Assembly (NCBI GenBank): GCA_963662335.2
Contig: CAXXVD010000001.1
Location: 160,001-224,000 of the forward strand
Length of the DNA: 64,000 nt
Origin: Chloroflexota bacterium
GTDB lineage: Bacteria; Chloroflexota; UBA11872; VXOZ01
Direction: 5' to 3'
In this document: positions 29,825 to 39,776 of the stretch, piece by piece
Layout: each line of letters opens with the position of its first letter
Numbering within the stretch: the first letter of the stretch is position 1
Notes under the pieces: model-generated
Told to the model about the DNA's origin: nothing
The model's database searches: none
Seen by the model: only the letters and a program-made list of their open reading frames with translations
Translations under genes and position numbers: made by a program

Positions 29825-30977
29825 TCCGGAACGGTTGGATAATATGGAAGGCGCCAACCGGCCGCGGCCGGTAGTGCCGGAGATGGTCGCGGCCGGCTCG
29901 CGGTCCCGCGAAACGCGCGGTCTGATACAGATTCGCATCATTGGCGTTGGCGGCGGCGGCAGCAACGCCGTGGACTGCATGATCGAAGCCGAGGTAGCCG
30001 GCGCCGCCTATGCCGCCGTCAATACGGACGCCCAGGCGCTGGAGTTCTCCAGCGCGCCGGAGAAACTCGCCATCGGCAAACGCCTCACCGGCCTGCGCGG
30101 CACCGGCGGCGACCCTGAGCTTGGCCGCCGCGCCGCGGAAGAAAGCGTGCAGGACATCGAGCGCCTGGTGGAAGGCGCCGACATGGTCTTCGTCACCGCC
30201 GGCATGGGCGGCGGCACCGGCACCGGCGCCGCTCCCGTCGTGGCCGAAACCGCGAAGCGCTACGGCGCCCTGACGGTAGGCGTCGTCACGCTGCCGTTCA
30301 TCTTCGAAGGCCGCCCGCGCCAACGGAGCGCAGCCGCCGGCATGGAAGAACTCCAGCGCAGCGTGGACACGCTCATCGTCATCCATAACGACCGCCTGCT
30401 CGCTGCCGTGCCCGCCTCAGCGCCCATCAAGGAAGCCTTCACGCTGGCAAATGAGATGCTGCTGAACGGCGTGCGCTCCATCGCCGAACTCGTCACCACC
30501 ACCGGCATCATCAACGTGGACTTTGCCGACGTGCGGTCGGTCATGAAAGACGCCGGCACGGCCATGATGGGCGTGGGCATCGGCTCCGGCGAAAACCGCA
30601 TGTTGCTGGCCGTGGAAGAAGCCATGCAAGACCCGCTCTCCGACATGCCCATGCGCGGCGCCCGCGGCGTGCTGATGAACTTCCGCGGCGGCCCCGACAT
30701 GACCATCCAGGAGATCAACGCCGCCGCGGAAGTGGTCAGCGCCACGGTGGACGAAGAAGCCAACATCATCTTTGGCGCGGCGGTCGACCCGGCGAATCAA
30801 GAAGAGGTGCAGGTGACGCTGATTGCAACCGGCCTCACCGCCGAACGCTCCCAGCGCGCCAGCCCCCGGCGCCAGTTGCAAGACGATGAACCCTCCGTCG
30901 AGCCGGTAGGCAAGCAGCCGGACGACCTGGACCTGCCGGCGTTCCTGCGCCGCCGCCAACGCAATCAACCCCAGTAA
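29802..30977 (+). CDS. ftsZ: Cell division protein FtsZ
   Basis: '[10 protein letters not shown]', 'NTDAQAL', tubulin signature 'GMGGGTGTG', 'INVDFADV', C-terminal 'LDLPAFLRR'. Confidence 0.96.
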   Translation: MSKRPGFDPERLDNMEGANRPRPVVPEMVAAGSRSRETRGLIQIRIIGVGGGGSNAVDCMIEAEVAGAAYAAVNTDAQALEFSSAPEKLAIGKRLTGLRGTGGDPELGRRAAEESVQDIERLVEGADMVFVTAGMGGGTGTGAAPVVAETAKRYGALTVGVVTLPFIFEGRPRQRSAAAGMEELQRSVDTLIVIHNDRLLAAVPASAPIKEAFTLANEMLLNGVRSIAELVTTTGIINVDFADVRSVMKDAGTAMMGVGIGSGENRMLLAVEEAMQDPLSDMPMRGARGVLMNFRGGPDMTIQEINAAAEVVSATVDEEANIIFGAAVDPANQEEVQVTLIATGLTAERSQRASPRRQLQDDEPSVEPVGKQPDDLDLPAFLRRRQRNQPQ

Positions 30978-31154
30978 CGCAACCGCCACGCCTCCGGCAA
31001 GACCCCTACACGAACGCCCCGCCCGCTTCGCGCAGGTTGTTGCGCGAACTTTGCGGTTTCCTTCCCCGGCGGCGGACGCGGCAAAACCCCGGCCGGCAGG
31101 CGCAATGGCCCCCCCCTCTACCCGGGCAATGCCGACCCCATCTCCAGAATCGGG

Positions 31155-31961
31155 TCAATCATCCGGCTTCGCCGCCCGTATAGAGAACATCTGCGGGATT
31201 GAGTCATTCTTCTCCGGGAACCGCCACCAGCCGTCCTCGCCTTGCGCCATCATGGGCAGCGCCTGATAGTGGCAGAAGGGAAACTCGTGGAGGAACTCGA
31301 TTCTCAATCCGGAGCCGGCTAAGGCCGTGACGATCTCACCCAGGCTGTGCTGCCACTCATAGTTGGGACTCGCGATGTGCTCGTTACCGGCATAGGACGG
31401 CTCATCGCCCGCAAGGTACAACTCTTCGCGAAAGTAACTGTAGTGTGGGCGGGCTTCGCCACTGGCGGAGGGCTCCAACGTTGCCAGCGCCGGGTGGAAT
31501 TCCACCATGTAAAACGTGCCGCCCGGTTTGAGAAAACGGCAAACCACCTCGGCCCAGCGGTCGAGGTCCGGCAACCAGCACAAGACGCCGTACGACGTGA
31601 ACACGATGTCGAATTCTTCAGCGAGGACGTGCGGCAGGTCGTACACGTTGGAACGGATGAAGCGCGCGTCCGTGCCGGCTTCGGAATTCAGCGCCCGCGC
31701 AAGCGCTATTGCTTCATCGGAGAAAGTCCACGCCGGTCGCCCGCGCGCCCAGCCGCGCCCACGACATGGTGTCCAGCCCAAAGTGGCATTGCAGAGTGGA
31801 GCAGCGTCTTGCCGGAAACGTCGCCAACCTCTTCCCGCTCAATGGCTTTGAGAGTGTATCCGGCCCGCCTTGAAGCCCGCCACGTCGTAGAAGTCGGAAG
31901 CAGCGTGGACGGGCGTGCGCTCATTCCAGTTGACGCGGTTCGTTTCGAGTCGTTTATCCAT
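31155..31961 (-). CDS. Class I SAM-dependent methyltransferase, three +1 frameshifts in the 5' part
   Basis: Reconstructs as MDKRLETNRVNWNERTPVH...KTLLH/LQCHFGLDTMSWARLGARATGVDF/SDEAI...FDIVFTSYGVLCWLPDL...LKPGG; extra bases near 31858, 31795 and 31724. Confidence 0.82.
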
Positions 31962-32063
31962 TGTACGACTCCAAGACGTAGATTCCCACGCAAGCGGGAA
32001 CAACGGGAGCATCGGTCGCTGCTCAAAGTAATGAGAGTCTTACTATGGTCAGAACGCTTTGCG

Positions 32064-33032
32064 TTACGTGACGATGTTCTGCGGCCGGCCTTCCACGAAG
32101 GCAATCACGTTCGAGATGATGCCTTCGTTCAGCAACTCGATGCCTTCCGGCGTCTGGTCGGCGAGGTGCGGTGTGAGCGCCACCTGCTCGCACGCGAGGA
32201 TCGGGTGAGTCGGGCGGCAGCGGCTCCTGGTCGAACACGTCAAGCCCGGCGCCCGCGAGATGCTCAGACTGCAACGCTGCAACCAGGGCGGCGGTATCCA
32301 CCAGGTCACCCCTGCCGGCGTTGATGAGGATTGCGCCCCGCGCTTCATCAGGCCGAGTTCCCGCGCGCCGATGAGGTGGTGACTCTCATCACTGAGCCGC
32401 ACGTGCAAACTCACCACGTCGGATTGCCGCAGCAGGTCGTCAAACGCGACGAACTCTACGCCCAATTCCCGCGCCCGCTCCGGCGAGGGGTTGAACGTCC
32501 ACGCCAGGCAGCGCATGCCCAGCAGATTCGCGACGCGCGCGACCTCGCGCCCTACGTTGCCCGTACCCACGACACCAAGCGTCTTGCCGCGCAGCATGAC
32601 GTTCTGCTTGAGCGTCCAGCGACCGGCCTTGAGTTCGGCGGTTTGGAACGCCGCGCGCTTGGCGGCCGCGAACATCAGGCCGATGATGTGCTCGGCCACC
32701 ACGGGCGCGGTGCGGCCCGGCTGGTTGGCCACGGCCACGCCGTGCGCCCGCGCCGCCTCCACGTCAATCGAGTCGACGCCTATTGAGCACGTGGCAATGA
32801 GGCGCAGGTCCGGCAACGCCTGGAGCGCGGGCGCAAACCACTTGATCGCCCCGCGCGTATTCAAGATGACGTGGGCGCCCTCTACGCGCTTGAGTTGCTC
32901 TGCCATGCTCTGGGGCCGGTCGAGATAGAGGTCAACGTCGCCGTAGGGCGTGAGACGCTCCAGGTGCGGCGAGCCCTGTATCTGGGGCGGGAAGTCGCCG
33001 GGCACGACGAATTTTAGGCGCTTGCCGGACAT
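32064..33032 (-). CDS. D-isomer-specific 2-hydroxyacid dehydrogenase, compensating frameshifts near 32338 and 32208
   Basis: 'GVVGTGNVG', 'DVVSLHV'; the segment '[16 protein letters not shown]...[11 protein letters not shown]' lies in another frame; ends 'LTPHLA'. Confidence 0.88.
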   Translation of the reverse strand: MSGKRLKFVVPGDFPPQIQGSPHLERLTPYGDVDLYLDRPQSMAEQLKRVEGAHVILNTRGAIKWFAPALQALPDLRLIATCSIGVDSIDVEAARAHGVAVANQPGRTAPVVAEHIIGLMFAAAKRAAFQTAELKAGRWTLKQNVMLRGKTLGVVGTGNVGREVARVANLLGMRCLAWTFNPSPERARELGVEFVAFDDLLRQSDVVSLHVRLSDESHHLIGARELGLMKRGAQSSSTPAGVTWWIPPPWLQRCSLSISRAPGLTCSTRSRCRPTHPILACEQVALTPHLADQTPEGIELLNEGIISNVIAFVEGRPQNIVT

Positions 33033-33383
33033 ATCCGTATCCTCGGCTGGGGCTGACTCATGCTTCCGCGGACCGCTCCCTTCCCGCGGCGACCGGCGAG
33101 CGTCGCTTGCAACGCCGCCGCAGCCGGTCGGAGCGTGCGCAATGCTTCCGTTATCATACTGCTCGCGCAGTAGGCAGTCGAGTCTTTGCCAGCGCGGTGA
33201 GTTTCGCCTTACCTGCACGTGAGACCATGTCAGATTTATGTGAAGTCACGCAAATTGCGCATAGCAAACTTCAAGACAAGGCGCCGTCCAAACACGTGTA
33301 TAATCATTGGTGCGGGCGTGACGCGATGGGGGTCGCTGCACGTCCGAGACTATCTTTACCATGGAAATTGCGCGGCAGCCGCC

Positions 33384-33452
33384 GTCATTCCCGCGAACGC
33401 GGGAATCCATCTTCGCCGCGCCTGCCTGGACTCCGGCTTCCGCCGGCGTGAC
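33384..33452. repeat. GTCATTCCCGCG..GCGGGAATCCA-type palindromic element
   Basis: Hairpin pair; relatives at 47276, 51146 and 54574. Confidence 0.7.
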
Positions 33453-33516
33453 GACCACGCAGCCGCGCGAAAGCGAAAATCCACTACGCTAGACACAAGC
33501 GGGGGCACTGAAGCAC

Positions 33517-34110
33517 ATGCGCGCCATTCTGAGCGTATTCGACAAGACCGGCATCGTTGCGTTTGCCGCCGGATTGGCCGAACTCGGCTGCGAAATCATC
33601 TCTACCGGCGGCACCCAATCCGCGCTGGCAGCGGCCAACGTGCCCGTCACCGGCATTAGCGCGGTCACCGGCTTTCCGGAGATTCTGGACGGGCGCGTCA
33701 AGACGCTGCATCCGGTGGTGCATGCCGGCATTCTGGCGCGCCGGGACTTGCCGGCGCACACGCAGACCCTGCGCGCCCACGGCATCGCGCCCATAGACGT
33801 GGTGGCCGTGAACCTCTATCCCTTCGTGGAAACCCTGAAGAGCGGGGCCGATCACGCTGAGATCGTGGAGAACATCGACATCGGCGGCCCCACGCTCATC
33901 CGCGCCGCCGCCAAGAACGCCGACTCCGTGCTGGTAGTGGTAGACCCGCACGACTACACGCCGGTGCTCGACGCGCTCGCGGCCGGGCAAGCTGACAAAG
34001 CACTACGCGCGCGCTTGGCAACCAAGGCCTTTCAACACACGGCATCCTATGATGCCCACGTCGCCGCGTACTTCGATGAAATGCGCGGCAACCAACCTGC
34101 ACCAGACTGA
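33517..34110 (+). CDS. purH: IMP cyclohydrolase (N-terminal MGS-like domain of PurH only)
   Basis: 'SVFDKTGI', 'STGGT', 'GRVKTLHP', 'VNLYPF', 'IDIGGPTLIRAAAKN', 'KAFQHTASYD'; stops before the 'LRYGENPHQ' transformylase part. Confidence 0.85.
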   Translation: MRAILSVFDKTGIVAFAAGLAELGCEIISTGGTQSALAAANVPVTGISAVTGFPEILDGRVKTLHPVVHAGILARRDLPAHTQTLRAHGIAPIDVVAVNLYPFVETLKSGADHAEIVENIDIGGPTLIRAAAKNADSVLVVVDPHDYTPVLDALAAGQADKALRARLATKAFQHTASYDAHVAAYFDEMRGNQPAPD

Positions 34111-34166
34111 AACCGCAGACTGGGCAATTGCAGTGAAACCGTTCACAATGACGGCGGGAGGGCAGC

Positions 34167-34478
34167 GTGCTGCATCCAATCGTTAGTAAGAGGGCCACCG
34201 CAGTAGAACGGCTCTGCCGCCGCTACCGTGTCCGGCGGCTTGACCTCTTTGGTTCAGCCGCGACGCGCCAGGACTGGACTGAAGCGAGCGATCTCGACTT
34301 TCTCGTGGAGTTCGAACCGCTGCCGCCAGGCGTTTATGTCAACGCATACTTTGGTTTGTGGGAAGACTTGCAGCAGCTTTTCGATAGGCCGGTGGATCTG
34401 GTAGTCGAGTCAGCCATCAAGAATCCCTACTTCTTGGAATCAGTCGAGGCAACGAGGACGCCCCTCTATGAGACGTGA
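34167..34478 (+). CDS. Minimal nucleotidyltransferase (MntA-like antitoxin)
   Basis: 'LFGSAA...SDLDFLVEF...RPVDLV...IKNPYF' MNT motifs. Confidence 0.88.
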   Translation: MLHPIVSKRATAVERLCRRYRVRRLDLFGSAATRQDWTEASDLDFLVEFEPLPPGVYVNAYFGLWEDLQQLFDRPVDLVVESAIKNPYFLESVEATRTPLYET

Positions 34479-34836
34479 GGGCAAGAAATACCTTTACGAC
34501 ATCTACCTGGCAGCAGCATTGGTTGCAGACTTCACACGCGGTAAGACACACGCGGACTACGAGCGTGATGCCATGCTGCGCGCCGCGGTGGAGCGTAAAC
34601 TCGAAATCATCGGTGAGGCAATGAACCGATTGGCCGCGATCGACAGTACAGCGGCAGCCCGTATAAGCGAATACCGACGCACTATCGCGTTCCGCAACAT
34701 CCTGTCTGATATAGCGCTCATGCCCCAATATGACATGGGTTCTCTTCCTGGCGGCCCAGCCAGAAGACGTTCTCACCCGAGCTCACTGATTGCTGAACCC
34801 GCGTATACAAGATTGTCCCGTCTCTCGGCGCAGTGA
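34468..34836 (+). pseudogene. HepT/DUF86 RNase toxin, truncated at the RX4H motif
   Basis: 'YLYDI', 'AVERKLEIIGEA', 'IAFRNIL', then sequence diverges (no 'IHGY') and runs into the 3' end of the convergent gene. Confidence 0.75.
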
Positions 34837-35694
34837 TTTCGGCGCGTACGGTTCCCCAGAGATCGCGCACGCGGGCGAGGGGTTGACCCTTGTCTACGTC
34901 TTGGCCAAGCGCAACCAGACTCTCCAGAAGCCGCCGCATGGCGCAGTGACGTATTCCTGAGTCCAAACGTATGGCGGCATCGCAACCTCCAGCGGCGGGT
35001 CGAGCATGCCGAGATGGCGCAAGCAGCGGCGCACGCCGGCCTTGTAGAGGTCTCTCTCTTCTCTGGCAGCCGTGCCGCCGCCGCCCACCTCGCAACCCAC
35101 GGCGGGTATGCCCTGTTGGTTCGCCCAGGTGGAGAGCGTGCCCGGCGCCCAGCGCATCATCCAGTAGCGCTCCAGCCCAAAGGCCGCGGCCGCCAGCGCC
35201 GAGCGTCGGGCGCAGGCATTGTGGGCTTCCCGGAAGCCGCTGAGCGGAAGCAAGTTGCCTTCGCGTCCGGCGCTGTGGAGGTCGATTACGAGGTCCGCGC
35301 CGCCAACGACCACGCGCGCGAGAACACTGGCCAGACGTTCGGTCACCGAGCCTTCGACCTTACCTGGAAAGGTGCGGTTCAGGTCGAGATCATCCTCCGG
35401 CGCTCTGCGCCGCCCGGCGGCAAAGGCCAGCGGATTGGCGCTCGGTACCAGCGCGACCGTGCCCTGCAACTCTCTGGGCGAGAGTTCTTGCGCCAACTCC
35501 ACCAACGCATGCGGCCCCACCAACTCGTCACCATGGATTCCCGCAACGACGGCGACTCTCGGCCGTGGCACGCTCCCGAAGACGCGGGTAAGGGGTACTT
35601 CTACTCTTGCGCCACTTGGCAGCGAGAATCCCACGAATGCGCACTGCACGGTCTCTCGCACGTAACATGCGGCATTACTCGAAGCGCCAGTCAT
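34718..35694 (-). CDS. Succinylglutamate desuccinylase/aspartoacylase (M14) family protein, frameshift near 34927
   Basis: 'AGIHGDE', 'DLNRTFPG', 'IDLHS', 'EVGG'; C-terminal 'ESLVALGQDVDKGQPLARV...ITAPRDG' is in the ORF ending at 34718. Confidence 0.82.
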
Positions 35695-35699
35695 CCGCC

Positions 35700-37043
35700 T
35701 TACGCCCGTTCCACGCCGCACCAAGCGGCAAGCTGCCGGGCGCAGATTTCAAGCCCGCGATAGAAGTCGGCCAGCGAGACGAACTCATCCGGGCTGTGCG
35801 CCTGGGCGATGCCGCCGGGGCCAAAGAGGCAGCCGGGCATCTCCGCCTGGGCGTACCAGGCCAGATCGCTGGCGGCGGAAAACCCTCTGATTGCGGGTTG
35901 CGCGCCGGCCTGCGCGACGTTCTGCGTCAGGAGTTCGATGAACGGATGCTCCGGCGCGGTCTCGAACGCCGGAAACGTCACGTTCCGCAGGCCCCAGGTG
36001 AAGCGCGGCGGATGCGCCCGCAGCCATTCGTCAGTCTGGCAAACCGCGTGCACGAACGCCTCGAATTCCGCCTTCACCCGCTCGCGGGGTTCGTCCGGGT
36101 AGTACCAGATGTTGTACTCGATCGCGCAATAGTTCGCCATGGTGCCGGGATTGTTGACCGCGTTGAGTTGGCCGTCCTGCCCGCCGCCGGGCCCGCCGAT
36201 GAAGATGGCCGGCAGGATAGAGTTGTAGCCGGGCGGGAAGAGCGGGTGCGACTTGCAGTTCACCCACTGGCGCTCCAGGTCTTGGATGGCGGTGACCAGT
36301 TTCACGCCTTTCTCCACCGCGTTGACGCCGGGGCCGTTCTCGCCGGGGGCCAGGTTGCGCCAGCGGCTGCCGGCGTGGGCTTCGCGCCCTTCGATCTCGA
36401 TGCGCAGGTGCTCCAGGCCGCCCTCGGTAGGGATGACGGTCAAGTCGGTCGGCTCGGCGTCCAGCACGGCGTCCGTGGCCGGAAATTTCTCAATGCAGTC
36501 CCGTGTGCCGTTGCCCACCAGTTCCTCATCGCTCACCACGTGGAACCACACGTCGCCCGCCGGGCGATAGCCCGCCGCCAGCACGCTCTTGGCGGCGAAC
36601 AACATGCTGACGAGACCGGCCTTCATGTCGGCCGCGCCGCGGCCGTAGAGCTTGCCGTCTTCAATCTCGCCCGCCCAGGGAGCGCGCGTCCACGCGGATG
36701 TATCCCCCACCGGCACCACGTCGATGTGGCCGTTGAAAGTCAACGACCGGCCGCCGCCGCTGCCGGGCAGCCGCGCCGCCAAGGTGGGATAGCCGTGCCG
36801 CGTCTCCCACGTGTGCACCTCGCAGCCAAGCCCATCGAGAAAGCCGGCAACCAGAGCGCGGCACTTGCGCGTTTCCGCCAGGAACTCCGGGCTCGGGGGG
36901 CTTTGCACGGCCGTCTCGCAGGCGACGAGTTGCTGGAGCAGGGCCGTGGCTTCCGCTTGCGCATCACGGGCCTGGCGCGCAATCGCCGCCGTCGCGCCTG
37001 CTAAAGTGTCTTCGGATGGCATGGATGGGACTCCCAGTGACAT
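35700..37043 (-). CDS. ArgE/DapE-family (M20) deacylase
   Basis: 'NGHIDVVP', 'YGRGAADMKAG', 'DEE', 'GREAHAG', 'GPG...AHSPDE'. Confidence 0.92.
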   Translation of the reverse strand: MSLGVPSMPSEDTLAGATAAIARQARDAQAEATALLQQLVACETAVQSPPSPEFLAETRKCRALVAGFLDGLGCEVHTWETRHGYPTLAARLPGSGGGRSLTFNGHIDVVPVGDTSAWTRAPWAGEIEDGKLYGRGAADMKAGLVSMLFAAKSVLAAGYRPAGDVWFHVVSDEELVGNGTRDCIEKFPATDAVLDAEPTDLTVIPTEGGLEHLRIEIEGREAHAGSRWRNLAPGENGPGVNAVEKGVKLVTAIQDLERQWVNCKSHPLFPPGYNSILPAIFIGGPGGGQDGQLNAVNNPGTMANYCAIEYNIWYYPDEPRERVKAEFEAFVHAVCQTDEWLRAHPPRFTWGLRNVTFPAFETAPEHPFIELLTQNVAQAGAQPAIRGFSAASDLAWYAQAEMPGCLFGPGGIAQAHSPDEFVSLADFYRGLEICARQLAAWCGVERA

Positions 37044-37151
37044 AGTTTCAGAAGGTAAACTTTAGCGCCGTGGCCGGTAAACCGCTGGTGCACCTTGAGT
37101 TTGTGGCTAGATCTTGGGCAGCGCCATAGCGTCATGCGGCAGCGACTAGGT

Positions 37152-37244
37152 TGTCATTCCGAGCGCAGCGAGGAATCTAGAGTCCACCACCCATGTCGTC
37201 AGACTTTGCAGCACTTTAGATTCCTCGCTGCGCTCGGAATGACA
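37152..37244. repeat. REP-like long inverted repeat TGTCATTCCGAGCGCAGCGAGGAATCTA...TAGATTCCTCGCTGCGCTCGGAATGACA
   Basis: Perfect ~28 bp inverted arms. Confidence 0.85.
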
Positions 37245-37245
37245 T

Positions 37246-38262
37246 TCAACAGTTTGGCTCAATTTGTATCCGTTGGCCGTCGGCGACGCGGTGGCTGTAG
37301 CGGATTGTGGTGTCGTCCAGCCGCTCCAGCGAAACCGGTTCCGTTTCGCCGCCATGCGTGACCTGTACGCCGACTTCCGACCACTCTCTCGGCACCGCGC
37401 ACGTAAACGTCAGCGTATGCCATTGAATCCTGCCAGGAACGGCGGCCGCTTCCAGCCGGTACGTGACGGCGGCCGGCGCACGTTCTTCGTCCACAATGGT
37501 CGTCTCCCGCGCCAGGATGAGGTAGTCCACCACCTCTTCCGGCACGGCGAGCCAGACCTCATCCCCGCCAACGCGCGTGACGGCTTCCAAGCGGTTGCCG
37601 AGTTCGGTGGGCGTCAATTCCCGGTTGGGAATGACCAGTTCGTCCTGCACCGCATGGGTGTAGTCCACGATCCAGCCGCCGGTTTCGCGGGCGCGGTAGA
37701 CCAGCCGGTAGGGATCGTAGCCCCGGTTGTAATCGTCCAGCTTGTGGTAGACCACCGGCCGGCAGAGTTGCATCAGGTCGGTATCGGGATAGTTGAGTTG
37801 ATCGCGCACGCCGAACATGCTCAGGCACCCGGCCTCCTCGGCCAGCGGCCAAGCGTACGGCAGGCAGTGGTCGTTGCCGGGGGCGATGAAGGTGGTCACC
37901 GGCGTGCCCAGCCGCTCTTCCAGCAGCCGCGCCGAGTCCACCACCTCGATGCGGGCGTTTGCCGGCACGGCCATGCTGCCGGGCAGCTTGTTGTGCGTCA
38001 TGGAATGCGAGGATACCGTCCAGCCGTAGCGCTGCGCCCGCTTGCACTCGGCCACCGACACGTGCACGTAGGTGGCGTCGTAGCCGCTGTTGGGCACGTC
38101 GCGCGGCTCGCCCATCTGTCCCACCACCACCGTCAGATGCCCCGGCGCGCCGAACTGCTCGTGGATGGGCAGGCCGTTCTCTACAGTCGAGGTCGGCACC
38201 TCGTCGTAGGTGGTGGAGTAGACCCAGCGTTTGCCAAATTTCCAGCGAGTGATTTCTACCAT
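37246..38262 (-). CDS. Polysaccharide deacetylase (NodB-like) family protein
   Basis: 'STTYDE', 'GWTVSSHSMTH', 'FIAPGN', 'GGWIVDYTH'. Confidence 0.7.
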   Translation of the reverse strand: MVEITRWKFGKRWVYSTTYDEVPTSTVENGLPIHEQFGAPGHLTVVVGQMGEPRDVPNSGYDATYVHVSVAECKRAQRYGWTVSSHSMTHNKLPGSMAVPANARIEVVDSARLLEERLGTPVTTFIAPGNDHCLPYAWPLAEEAGCLSMFGVRDQLNYPDTDLMQLCRPVVYHKLDDYNRGYDPYRLVYRARETGGWIVDYTHAVQDELVIPNRELTPTELGNRLEAVTRVGGDEVWLAVPEEVVDYLILARETTIVDEERAPAAVTYRLEAAAVPGRIQWHTLTFTCAVPREWSEVGVQVTHGGETEPVSLERLDDTTIRYSHRVADGQRIQIEPNC

Positions 38263-38295
38263 AAGAATTCTTCTAGCGTTAACCTTGCTATGCCG

Positions 38296-38486
38296 CCCTC
38301 ACCCTAACTTTCTCCCTCAGGATGGGCTGACAAGGGTAGGTGTTCTTCAATCGATTCACCTGTCATTCCGAACGGAGCGTAGCGGAGTGAGGAATCTAGA
38401 GCATTGCCCTGCAAAACCGGCATCTCTAGATTCCTCGCTGCGCTCGGAATGACATTTACCTAGCCCTGTCAGCCCAGGAGAGGGGA
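38296..38486. mobile_element. Nested repeat: CCCTCACCCTAAC-type element interrupted by a 154 bp MITE-like element (38323-38476) that contains a REP palindrome (38361-38454)
   Basis: TGGGCTGACAAGGGTAGGT / ACCTAGCCCTGTCAGCCCA inverted ends (17/19), flanked by GGA on both sides. Confidence 0.6.
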
Positions 38487-38495
38487 CAATACCAC

Positions 38496-39698
38496 TTACG
38501 CCAACGCTTCCTTTGCCGCGCGCAGGTTTGCCAGGCGCATCAGGCCGTAATTGTAGACGCTCACCCGGTCGATGCCCAGCGCGCGCACCTTTTCGATTTG
38601 CCCGGCCACGTCCGCCGACGTAATCACCTGCGGCGGAATGAGGCGTAGTCCCTCGCGGAGCGGCACGCGGCCGTCCACAAGCCGCTGCAAGTCATGCACG
38701 GCGCGCCTGAGGATGAGACCATCCAGCGAATATGCCGCGCAGTCCAGCAGTTCGTTTGGAATGCCCTCAGCAAGGGCGCGGCCGATGTCCACGCCGTCCA
38801 GCGCCTGGATGACCGACGCTTGCTCCGGCATGCCCACGCCCATGTTGACGATGGGCACGAAGTCCGATTTGCCGCCCAGCGCCTGCTTGCATTCCGCCCA
38901 CAGCGACATGACCGTATCGATGCGCACGCGCAGGTAGCCGTCGAGCGCCGGAAACGTCAGCGCGTGGCCGGCAATGTTGTCGCCCAAGCCGCCGAGCGCC
39001 GGCAGTTGGTCGCCTTCCAGGTAGTCCAGCACGTGTTCTTGCGCCCAGCGCCGCACGGCGTGCCCGTCCACGCCGGCGTGTTGGGCGTTGCGCAGGCAGT
39101 GTTCGCAGAAGCAGAGACCCAGCAGGTATTCGGTAAACGGGTCTAGTTCCACGCTCGGGATGCCGTGGTGGACGTCGTGCTCGAACGTGCCGTAATGCAG
39201 AAACTCCAACTCGACCTGCGCCGGGGCCAGATTGTCGGCAATATCGCCCACCAGCGCCGTCACGTACGCCCGCACGTCGGGATTGCTGGGACAGAGATAG
39301 TGGGGAATGCGGTCGTCCAGCGCATTGAGTGTGTTGATGCCCGGATAGCGCGTGCCCAGCGCGCTATTGTGCAGGGTGACGGTCCAGGCGTGATACGCCA
39401 GGCCGCGCTTCGCCACCGCGTCCCGGATGCGCCGCATCCCGTCCTCTTCCTGGACGAGCGGCGCGACGATGGGCTTGATTGCGCCGTAGCGCTTCAGATC
39501 GGGCTGGAAGTAGATGGCCGACGAATTGGCGACGAAGAGCTTGCGCGCCGGGTTGTGGGGCCGCAGGTGCTTGACGTTGTGGTAGCTGTGGCTCAGGGAA
39601 ACGGCCCGCATCCCGCCCTCGTCGGCAATCCGCGCCAACGCCGTGTCAACGCCCGCATCCAGCACGTCCCAGGGATACGTCCAGATAACGCCGTACAT
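38496..39698 (-). CDS. Hypothetical glycoside-hydrolase-like TIM-barrel protein
   Basis: 400 aa; 'WTYPWDV', 'SYH', 'LCPSNPDVRAY', 'CFCEHC' motifs reminiscent of GHL/GH42-like proteins. Confidence 0.55.
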   Translation of the reverse strand: MYGVIWTYPWDVLDAGVDTALARIADEGGMRAVSLSHSYHNVKHLRPHNPARKLFVANSSAIYFQPDLKRYGAIKPIVAPLVQEEDGMRRIRDAVAKRGLAYHAWTVTLHNSALGTRYPGINTLNALDDRIPHYLCPSNPDVRAYVTALVGDIADNLAPAQVELEFLHYGTFEHDVHHGIPSVELDPFTEYLLGLCFCEHCLRNAQHAGVDGHAVRRWAQEHVLDYLEGDQLPALGGLGDNIAGHALTFPALDGYLRVRIDTVMSLWAECKQALGGKSDFVPIVNMGVGMPEQASVIQALDGVDIGRALAEGIPNELLDCAAYSLDGLILRRAVHDLQRLVDGRVPLREGLRLIPPQVITSADVAGQIEKVRALGIDRVSVYNYGLMRLANLRAAKEALA

Positions 39699-39741
39699 GG
39701 TTCTTGCCGCTCCCTTCCGGCAACGCTCCGCCCCTCAGGTT

Positions 39742-39776
39742 CCTTCTCCCTGGGGAGAGGGTTAGGGTGAGGGGGG
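39742..39776. repeat. CCCTCACCCTAACCCTCTCCCCAGGGAGA-type repeat (reverse orientation)
   Basis: Relatives at 38296 and 54483. Confidence 0.6.

Noticed and set aside
33300-33516. ZMP/ZTP riboswitch upstream of purH
   Set aside because: The conserved GACTGGCG...GCCTGGGC elements are not visible; the hairpins present belong to a dispersed repeat family.
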